A stretch of DNA of 64,000 nucleotides from Stegostoma tigrinum (Eukaryota). The position numbers and the translations under genes were made by a program. Below, one piece after another: positions 53,962-64,000 of this stretch; positions within the stretch are counted from its first letter, which is position 1, and the number at the start of each line of letters is the position of its first letter. The stretch is taken from positions 28,089,078 through 28,153,077 of the forward strand of contig NC_081370.1 of NCBI RefSeq assembly GCF_030684315.1, in the 5' to 3' direction. The notes under the pieces are model-generated. The model was not told where the DNA came from. It saw nothing but the letters and a program-made list of their open reading frames with translations, and did no database searches.

Positions 53962-54287
53962 AGAATCATAGAGTACTTACAGTGTGGAAACAGGCCCATT
54001 GGCCCAACAAATCCACATTAACCCTCAAAGCATCCCACCCAGACCCATCTCCCTTTTATCCACCTAATCTACACATCCCTGAACAATATGGGCAATTTAG
54101 CATGGCCAGTCCATCTACCCTGCACATCTTTGGACTGTGGGAGGAAACCGGAGAACCCAGAGGAAACCCACGCAGACACAAGGAGAACGTGCCAACTCCA
54201 CACAGACAGTCACCCACAGGTAGAATCAAACCCGGGTCCCTGACACTGTGAGGCAGCAGTGCTAACCACTGAGCCACCATGCTGTCC
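53962..54287 (-). mobile_element. HE1-type tRNA-derived SINE
   Basis: Reverse-complement copy of the 41843-42155 family (A/B boxes, V-domain, CTATGATTCT tail). Confidence 0.9.
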
Positions 54288-57200
54288 AGTCTATGAAGAT
54301 TTTAAAAAGTCCTAATTATTGTTTTATTCTTACAAGCCTCCAATATTTTGTCATTTATACTATCCTACAGTATTGCTTTTATCAGAAAACACAAAATACT
54401 CCCATCAGGCACTTTTCTTCTGCTAGTATTTATCTCTATCCAAACTTATTCTACATTTTAATCCTCTAAATCAAAATTTCTCATTTTTCTCATTTCACTG
54501 AGAGTCATCCCATCATTTTTTTCTTCCCAGTCTTCAAAAACTCATTTCTGCCCATTCACTCTTTGGACCACATTCAATTCTAATATTATTTAACTCATGG
54601 TAATTTGCATACAGCACAGCTAGAGATAAAGAGAACCTTTACAGTTCTGCTTTTAAATTTAAAATAATCCCACATCACAACCTCTTTCTTAGTATTGAAT
54701 ATGTCATTGGTGCCCATATGGACGAGGACAGAGAAGATTTCTTTAATGCTTTTTAACTTATGTTCTCAGATGCATAGAGCGAATTAAGTATCCCTATACT
54801 GTACATATCCCTACTTCAACTTCATTTCTTTTCACTCCCTATACTTCAAAGACTACTTGCATCATGGTACCAAAGTCAGTTTGCTGATCTACCTTCCCGT
54901 CCCTGCTACTGTCTACTCAAGCTTAAGGACCTTTAACCTGTTGTACGACTCCAGTCACTGAACCCCTCCATTGCTATCTCTGGGTTTTTGTACTTGCCTC
55001 AGCCCTAGCTGCGCCAACTTCAATCACAATTCAGTCAATGTACACAAATCTTAAATGTAGCTACATTCTGTTACCAAATGTAACTTTGTCAGAAGCTTGG
55101 ATCTCAGCTCATCAACTCTGAGCCAAAGTTCATTAATTTGCAGAGGAAATTGCTGTGCGTTACCAAGATATTCATCAACCTCCACATGTTAGAGCTGAAA
55201 CACATCACCAGCCCTACCAAGTTTAGAATTATCACTTAGCTGTTAACTAGTTAACATAGTTAAGCTATTAATTTAATTTTGAATATCACCAATCACTGAA
55301 CTGCTGGCCTAATTAATGCCTTTGAACACTCACCAGTTAGTTGAGACTGAAAAAATCATACAAAAAGCAGCACTTACGTCCCTCTTTGCAAATTCCAAAG
55401 TTATCTTGTGTTCCTTATTGCTGCCTTTCTGCGCAGTCACAGATTCTGATTGCCTGTACAGAGGGTGGGTGACTCACTGTCCAGTTATAACTGCTAAGTC
55501 AGCTGTCTTCTACAATAGTTAAAACTTATTCAAGCAACTGCATTCACTTAATTGATATAACAGCCACTTTCTGTTAAACCAGGCCATTTTAACAAGCTTG
55601 TAATTTTAAAGTCTCGAGTCAAAACTTGACTATTAATTCATAGCTCAAGAAAAATTTGAGATATCTCACCCGCGCCGGATTCGCATGTTAACACTTTTTC
55701 TTCATGACACAGAGGCCTTGTCTTTAATCGTGCTCCCACTTCCAGATCCTAACCTCCTGTTTTTTTAAAATTCACTCATGGTGCTTCTGGTTCTTTAGCC
55801 AATCAGTGTCCTCTGGTTATTGATCCTTCTGCTATTGTTCCAAACTTTCATGATTTTGGGCACCTTTAATTAAATTTCCTCTCAAGCTGCTGATGTCTAA
55901 AGAGAGCATCTCTAGCTTCTCCAGTTTTTCCATATTGACTGAAGTCTCTTATCCCTGAAGCCATTCTCATAAATTTCGTTTTGCACCCAACCAACGTCTT
56001 CATACCCTTTCTAAAGTGTGATGACCAGAATTCAATAAAGTACATTGTGCATATATACTCTAGCATTCTCTGTTCCTATAATTTCTTTCTAAATGTGCCC
56101 TTTATCTTTTATTTCCTGTCCTTATTCTTGCTACCAACTGTCTAATTTGACTAATCTGAACGAATCTCAGTGCCAACTCCAGCCCCTGCCACAGTCACTA
56201 TAACTGAAGCAATTTAACCATTTGAAATCACATAAGTATCCAGGAGCTCATGCAGGTCCTGCCCACTTGCAAAATTTTAAGGCCACATGACTAGATTTTG
56301 CTCCTGGTGCAGTCTACCTGAAATGGATTAAATAACAGGATAAGACCTACATTGATATGGTTCTGTCCTACATTCCTTCTAATTTCTGCTGCCACTGTAT
56401 GGACTCCTGAGATCCGTATGTAGCAGTGACTTCCAAAATTGGAAGCTTTACCTGAATTGAGGGGACACTGGTCCTGTTTGCAGGCCAAGTAATGACATCA
56501 GTCGCAAAGAGCATTGTCTTGCAAATTTAGACATCATGAATCCTTTCTCCTAACCTGGTAATGTGAAGTCTCATTATTAGCTGTGATTTCCACTATTTAC
56601 TTCAAAGAGGCACTGAAAGAGCAAATGAATTTATTGAGGTTGGTTACAGCAAGGAGATATTCAATAACTAATGTACAAAAATTGTTCCAAGTGTAGTATT
56701 TGTGCCTATACAGAGCACAAAATTTCAGTGTAGTTCTGGTGATTGGGATTACTTCGCCGAAACTAATTTTTTGTGGCTTAACTGCTTTAGGGTTTTCAGC
56801 TTGGATGCAATGATACTGAAAACTTCTTGTTGTCATCACTAAGATTGTAACAGTTAATTCAGAAGGTCAGAAATAGCAGGTTTCATTGGGGAACAGAAAA
56901 ATAAATTGTTTAAGCTGTCAACCTATTCTTTGAGCACTCTTGTCGTTTGTTCATAGGAAAGTTTATTAGAAAATTCTAACATTGATTGAAAAGTTAATTT
57001 ATCAAAAAGAACAACCTAGTTCCAGTTCTTATCTGTTGTTATTCTGACTATGGTTACAATTACTGTGAACTGTGCATCAAAATAACCATATTTACCAGAC
57101 GACTTCCCAATGAAGAAATTACCACATTAAGTTTCACATAACTTTGTGCTTTATGATTCAAAATCATTGTAAATTAACAGACAAATCATGTTGCAAATAG

Positions 57201-57577
57201 TTCAAATTATAAATGACACATGGAATAGCAGATAGAACAGATACTGTGGGATGGATCTTTTGTTTCTTTGGCTAAATGCAAGTTACATCAAATATTTTGG
57301 AGGGAATCTTGTTGCAAGAGCCAGAGAGTTTTCTCTTCCTATCTTATCAAACTTGCCACAGTAATTTCTAACCTTGCCCCTTGGGCATCATGCATATTTG
57401 ATTTCCATCCCATCTTACCATATGCCATTCCTGGAACAACTCACCACTCGGTGGATTTCTGCATCAAGACCTGCTTCCCTTGCATCAATGCCATCTTTGA
57501 AACCCTGCTGTGCATTTGGAAGCATGCAAGCATTTGGCAGTTGCCCTGCTCTTTTTTTTTTAGACACTGTAAGGAGA

Positions 57578-57797
57578 GGTGACTGAGAAAGGGAGGTTGG
57601 AATCACGTTTCTTCGACAGGTACTTGGAAATTCTGGATGGCCTGGTGACACAGTTAAGAGGTGTTCTTTTCCCTGAGAACTGTTAGGAAGCCACACCATC
57701 AGACAAACTCAGCCTGGTCGGAGATCACCAACTGGGCAATCCCAGGAGTACAGAGAACCGGGCTGCGGTGCTGAAAGAGACCGAATGACACCCTTAG
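57578..57797 (+). mobile_element. Myb/SANT-like (MSANTD/NAIF1-type) ORF relic, probably PIF/Harbinger ORF2
   Basis: With one frameshift and stops it reads EKGRLESRFFDRYLEILDGLVTQLRGVLFPE / KPHHQTNSAWSEITNW..QRTGLRC*KRPND, matching RF...LE.L..V....LF..AW.EI..RT..QC.KR.ND. Confidence 0.65.
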
Positions 57798-60258
57798 TCC
57801 ACCAGGGTAACAGCCATCATCTGCTTACTGCTATCTCACACTCGGTCTGTTTTTGCCATCGCACCCACCTCTTACCAAAGCTCGTGTTCTGATAACGTAT
57901 CTGTTGTATGCAGCACCTTTCCTTATTTGCTTTTGTTACATCCCTTTGTCCCACATGACAACCCTACAATACCACTCACTCCCTCAGAACACCTTAACAT
58001 CTTTCTGCCACATGTATAAGCACAAAAAACTGTGCTATTCACTTGTGACTTACTTATCCACACTCCTCCGCTCTTTTATGTCATCACCCTTTTTTTATTT
58101 AACTTATTTTTCTAATCAACCTGTTCAGAAATGTTATTGCACACTCCGGTGGAACAGGTGGGACTTGAACCTGGGTAACAGGATGGTGTGATATTGTACC
58201 TGTGTGAAGTGCCCAAAATCCATGTCCTCCCCTTCAATGAGCATAGAACTCCATCAGGGTAAGTGCACACCCCATCTGATTGTTACACTTGTCCAAAACA
58301 GCAACAACACCCAGATCCCGTAAGACTGGTGCCTGTGGATACAAGCAGCTGGAATGTGACCTGCTCACTGGACCTCAGAGGATGCCTGATGGGAGGCTAG
58401 TCTTGTTTAATCATGCTGGACCACCCAAATGAGGTGCACACATGGTCTTGCCCGAGAGACAGTGAAGTGGCATGATGCCATGAGGCAAGATGTACATGAC
58501 CTCATAAGTGGACTGGTAAGCAGCACATGACAGGCTGCCTGGTTGTGTGACTATGCAAATTGCACTGCAAGCTAAGGCATACATGTCAGTAGATGCCAGG
58601 AGAATGTTCACTAAAAGAGCAAGACAGCAGTCCTACTAGGCAGCCTGGTGCAAGCAGTAACCGGGCAGTGCTGGTTGCCAGTGTGCCCCACCTATGAATG
58701 TCCGTGCTTCCAGGGAACACTGCCAGTGAATTGGAGAAGTGCCAAGATGGTGGCGAGGGTTCATTGAATGTTGGATGCCAATGCCAATGGAGGAAGGATG
58801 CATGAGGCTTGTCACTGTGGATCATGGCCTCTGCTGCAGTTAGACCATGGGCAACATGGAGTCATTTAGAAGAAGCGGTGAGCAGAATGCACCAAGCACT
58901 TTCTCTGGTTTCCATGTATTGTTTTCCCAATGGCTAGTTTGTTAGGTGAGTTTGATAAGATCGGAATCAGAATATCAACAGGGTGAGTTGGGCCATCATT
59001 AGTTGTGTTAACAAAGCGTGTTAATCGTCATCAGTTAGCAATTTGCTGTGCCCAGTGAGAATCTTGCTATGCTGTTTGTGGAAAGTGTACAAGTTGGAAC
59101 AAAATATTTTTGACATTATGATTGGCGTCACCAGCCTTTTTGTCCAGTTCTGCCACACATCTTGCCATAGTCCATATTGCTCAGACCATTATAAGATAAC
59201 ATGTTACCTCACTATTACTTACGCCTTCCGTTCCTCCTGGTTCTAGTATGAGCTACAAGATTCTATCAGGTGAAAACTTCCAGTCTTTTTTCTTCAAATA
59301 GTTAGCCAATTCTCTGCAAGTATCAGCCTCTGTTTGAATAGGATTATGATCATGCAATCTTTAAGATATTGCTGTGGCTCTGTCCAGACTCTTCTCAACT
59401 CTGAGCTTCTGCTGTTAGTTATCTTTACACACTATTGCAGATTCTGGACATTCAATCACATGGATATGAAAGAAATCATGATAACAGCCTTAAATGTGTT
59501 TTCAGTATATCCTGCAACTGTTTTCTTTTCTCTTCTCAGCTGACCACCTGGTCCCTATGTTGTAACTTCTGTCCTGTTGGTGCTGCTTCCAAGTCAAGGA
59601 TCACCAGATTACATTAGTATTTCTTCTTAACCGAAAATTTACAGTTGATATCTTTACTAGAGGTGGACGAGGCCATATTCTTGGTAAAAATCAGTCTGTG
59701 GTCTAGTTTCTTCCTGTCAGTGTAATCTCCTCTAGTCCTACAACCTGTGACGTCTCTACACCTCTCCTGAAATTTCTGGTGTTTGCATATCCTGTATTTC
59801 AGTTACACCACCATTGGCTGTTGTTCTTTCAGACGCCTTGGCCCTAAGCCTAAGATTCGCACTCTATATCTGTCCATTTCTCTACTCCTCTCTTGTCATT
59901 TAAAATTTATGTATTTGGGTCAGCTGTCCCAATATCTCAATTTTTGACGATAATACATCTAAAACTACTTGACTAATTTTCTTTGTTAAAGCCACTACAA
60001 ATGCAGGTTATCATTTCCAGTTATATACAGAGCCAAAGTAGAAATTATTCTTTTCAAAATATGAATCTGCTAAAGTACTTTTGTTTTTATGTTTCAACAA
60101 TTAAAAGTTAACTACAATATTTTCAGTCATACTATTATTGTTATTTTTAATTTAGACATAAATATAGTTATCTTTCCCTCCACTGGCATAATTGGAAATA
60201 TCTGAACTAACGTCACATAATATTCCTCTACGAACCAAATGTCAGTGAGAGTTTATAA

Positions 60259-60411
<153 letters not shown>

Positions 60412-62009
60412 TAAAACAGTTTTGGTTAGCTCTGTTGGCTCCACGGCTGATTTGATGCCAACAGCAAGGGGTCAACTCGTGCCCCAGCTAAGGTTAGCAT
60501 TCTCAATTTCAACTGAGGCATGGTGACTTGTTTAATACTGTTTAAGTTTTACTGAAATTGATTTATTACTAATAACTAGTTGATATAACAGTCTTTCCTA
60601 TATTTCTGTTGAAATTGGCCAAATCATATAATGCCTTTTGAAGTTTGATTGTAAATTCTTTTTTTCATTCTTCCCATTTCAGTTACAAAATAGTGGTGAA
60701 AGTAGCTGGCTTTTGTTTTACTGCTTTTAGAAAATAATTTCTGTAGTAGTGTTTCTACTTTATAGTGATGGAAAAATGAAAACCCTGAAAGTTAGCTGTA
60801 TGATGCCCTTTTTTTTAGTACAATCACCATTTTTTTTGCCTCCAAAATAGCATCCATGGTACGTGGAGACATCCAATGTTAGTTACTTCAGAAAGCGCTT
60901 TGGTGAGGGCATTGGCATTTCTATAGGGAGTGTCCACTAAAGGTAAGTAGAGCAGACAGATCACATCATTGTTTGGTGTGTAGTGCAAGTCTGATGCTGC
61001 CTCTGCCATTTTGGAGTTCATTACTTCAGCTCCTTGTAAGCTACTTAACTGCATCAGCATTAAGGCACAATTCTCTCCACTTGATATACATTAACCAGCT
61101 CTGGAGATGACAGAGAATAGAAGGAAGCAACCAGTATGGTTCTTTTTGGGTTAGGCTGTCACTGATTGCCTTATCCAGTTGAGGCACCAAAAAGTGCAAA
61201 TCCATTCCCCCATTCACCAAAAGTCCCACATCTTCGTTGCTGATCATTGAAACATATTCTTGGCCACAGTTCCAAAAATTTAAAACACCACCAAAAAAAA
61301 AATTCAAATCTAAATTTAAAAGTCAAAAGGTGCTTACAAGTATCAACATCCTGTACATGTGCAAGCAATAAGTGCCTGTTATGGATGCACCTTGCCTGTC
61401 CGGGAGCCTTTGTGCAGTATTTCAGTGACTAAAGTATTGCTTCAAAGTTTCACTGTGAGAAACTGTAGATGACCTTTCAGAAGGACCTCAAGCGGGACTG
61501 ATCCAAGAAGGCCTAGCTTTGGACTGCACCAATTTGCCGTGGGTGACAGAAGTCTAGGCTTGATGGCTGACAGGCAACACCAGAGCTCTGGTGGGAGGAT
61601 AAATACTGTGATCCTGAAAGAGGACAAATAGATTGTTAAGAATGGTGACACTGCCAGTCTCTCAAAGATACTTAATCGTGGATGATGGACCTGTAAGTAT
61701 TCTTCTGAAGTTGCCCACTACTTCCAAGCTAAAGTGGACAAACACCAAGCCTTGTACAAAGCCTTTTGTTAGGTTCATGGCAGACCCCACCATATTCTTT
61801 AACATTAACAGGATTTTTGGCAGGTCTGCCAAGGCACCAAGTATTTCAGTGAGCATACCCACCATCCTTCCTCTGACTCCTCTGTGACAGAACTCTTGTG
61901 ACTTTGCCTTCTGTAGAAATACCCTTATCCCTGCACTGACTGTGGGGTAACTCTCACACACTATCACCAACCTGGATTTTACCAGCCCTCTCAAGATAAG
62001 CAATCTGAG

Positions 62010-62215
62010 CAGAAGAAGACTAAAACTAGCCATGGTTCTAACCAAGCTGTTCCACTAAGCTGCAATACTGTAATCTACATTACAATATAAAAGATTTCCC
62101 AGGATGTCCTGTGCACAAAAAGCAAGACAAATCCAACCTGGCCAATTACCATCTATTGGTTTATTCTCCTTCATAAGCAAAGTAATGAAAGTTGTTATAA
62201 TGGTAGTTATAATGA
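62010..62215 (+). mobile_element. LINE (L2/CR1 group) RT N-terminal relic
   Basis: CPVHKKQDKSNLANYHL resembles the P..K.....P.NYRPI motif. Confidence 0.55.
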
Positions 62216-62229
62216 GGAACTTCAATTAT

Positions 62230-63332
62230 TCAATGTAACCTGGGATACTTGTAGTGTACAGGGCAGCAAAGGGCAAGTATTCCTGGATTGCATTCAGAAG
62301 TGCTTCCTATAGCAGCATGCTCCCAATCCAACAAGAAAGGATACACTGTTGGATCTGATTCTTGGAAAAGAGGCGCACCAAGTGGATTATGTGTCAGTTG
62401 GGGATCATTTAAGAGACAATGATCATTGTATCATAAGGCTCAGATGATGATGGAGAATGACGTAACCATTCAGAGTGGGGAGAAATCAATTGGTGGAGAG
62501 CAGACTTCAGTGGGGCAAGAACAGAGCTGGGCAGGATTGAATGGATCAAGAGCTTAACAGGAAAAACAGCAGCTGAACAATGTGCTACCTTCAAAGAAGA
62601 AATGGTTTGGCCGCAGTCAAGGTATATCCTTCATTTGGGAAAAGTAGAAGAAACAAATCTTGAGCTCCCTGATGAAAAAGGAGAAAGAAATTAAGTTAAA
62701 GAAGGAAAGTGGTGCTTATGACAAGTATCAGATAGAAAATGAGAATCAAGAAAATATTGAAATTCAGAAGTGATGAAAAAGAAAGTTACAGAAGCAAGGA
62801 GGAATTATGAGAAAAGATTGGCAGCCAACATAAGGAGATGTCCCAAAGTGTTCTACAGTCATAGAAATAGTAAAACAGTTGGTGTAAGGAAGGGCAGGCC
62901 AATTAGGGATCAAAAAAGTAGATTTACACCTGGAGGCAGGGACATAGCTGAGATGTTAAATGTATACTTTGCGTCTGCCTTTGGTAAAGAGAGAGTTGCT
63001 GCTCAAGTCATGGTCACTAGAAGAGTTCAAAAGCTGATTGATTCAGAAATGGTGGATAGCTTGTTGACACTAGGGCTTGATGAGATGCATCCAAGGATTT
63101 TGAATGAAGTGAGAGTAGAAATTGAAGGGGCACCTTTGAGTCTAACCTTGACTTGGGGAAGGTTCCAAAAGACTGAAAAATTATAATCTTTATGGCCTTG
63201 TTCAAAAAAGATTATCAGGATAAGCCCAGTAATTACACATCAATTAGTTTAACTTCACAGGTGGGGAAGCTTCTAAAGACAATTATTCAGAATGGAATTA
63301 GTCGTCACATGGAAAAAGGTGGATTGATTAGC
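62230..63332 (+). mobile_element. CR1 ORF2 fragment (APE end to RT start)
   Basis: LLDLILG, YEKRLAANIRRCPKVFY, LNVYFASAF, GLDEMHPRILNE, LFKK..DKPSNYTSISLTSQVGKLL. Confidence 0.85.
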
Positions 63333-63344
63333 AAAGAAAAAAGC

Positions 63345-64000
63345 AAAAGAACTGAGGATGCTGTAAATCAGAAACAAAACCAGAAGTTGTTTGAGAAGTT
63401 CAGCTGGTCTGACAGCATCTGTGGAGAGAAATTAGAGTTAACGTTCTGGGTCCGATGATCCTTCGCCAGAACTGATGGTGGCTAGAAAAATGTCAGTTTG
63501 TACGCAGGAGATATGGTGGGGAAGGGGGAGGGGGTCAGGAGTAAATGACAGGTGGGGATAAACCCTAAAGACAGAAGAACAGTTGAACAGACAAAGGAGT
63601 GGTTAATAATCTGGTTAAGAGGGTGAATAGCTGTTAATGGAGACTGTTAGTGACTACTAACAGGTAGTGTATAATGGCAGACTATGTGACAATAAGACCT
63701 GGTGTGTGAGGTAGAGGGCTAGGACATGGGAGAGTTTAGGCCTTAAAACTATTGAACTCGATATTGAGTCCAGAGGGCTGCAGGGTCCCCAAGCGGAAAA
63801 TGAGGTGTTGCTCTTCCAGCCTGTGCAGAGCTTCACTGGAACACTACAGCAAGCTTAAGACTAAGATGTTGACAGAGAACAGGGTGGTGTGTTAAAGTGG
63901 CAGGCACCTGGAAGCTCAGGGTCTTTTTTGCAGACAAAACATAGATGTTTTGTGAAGTGGTCACCCAGCCTATGCTTCATTTATCCAATATAGAGGAGAC
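63345..64000 (-). mobile_element. PLE family C 3' end (runs off the window)
   Basis: Minus strand LEEQHLIFRLGTLQPSGLNIEF at ~63755-63820; decayed hammerhead-like text CTGGCGAAGGATCATCGGACCCAGAACGTT at ~63440-63470. Confidence 0.8.

Noticed and set aside
61662-62045. 127 aa hydrophobic minus-strand ORF
   Set aside because: Partly overlaps LINE-like relic sequence on the opposite strand; no known domain.

Overview
Eukaryotic, repeat-rich genomic DNA, most likely from a shark or ray (inferred from HE1-type SINEs, HER1/CR1 LINEs and SacSINE1-like DeuSINE relics). The only host gene I can support is the 5' part of TMEM9B on the + strand: coding exons 30509-30595, 45592-45683 and 60294-60402, with ~15 kb introns and the rest beyond the window. 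The remainder is mostly decayed mobile DNA: CR1 LINEs (one near full length at ~17.0-20.4 kb), tRNA-derived SINEs, Harbinger relics, possible solo LTRs and many Penelope-like elements (PLEs) of at least three families. The most interesting structure is in the PLEs. Most are inverted (fold-back) insertions with 11-18 bp target-site duplications and a one-sided ~30-35 nt tail, and their arms carry a minimal hammerhead-ribozyme-like motif (CUGA-N-GA-N, stem II, GAAA-C-GUC). Two ~0.2 kb mini fold-backs turn around right at that motif, and one of them sits in the TMEM9B promoter. PLE hammerheads are known as a class, so novelty would lie only in these particular families and mini-elements. Most ORFs in the supplied track are repeat fragments or noise. 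Repeat boundaries were read by eye and are approximate.
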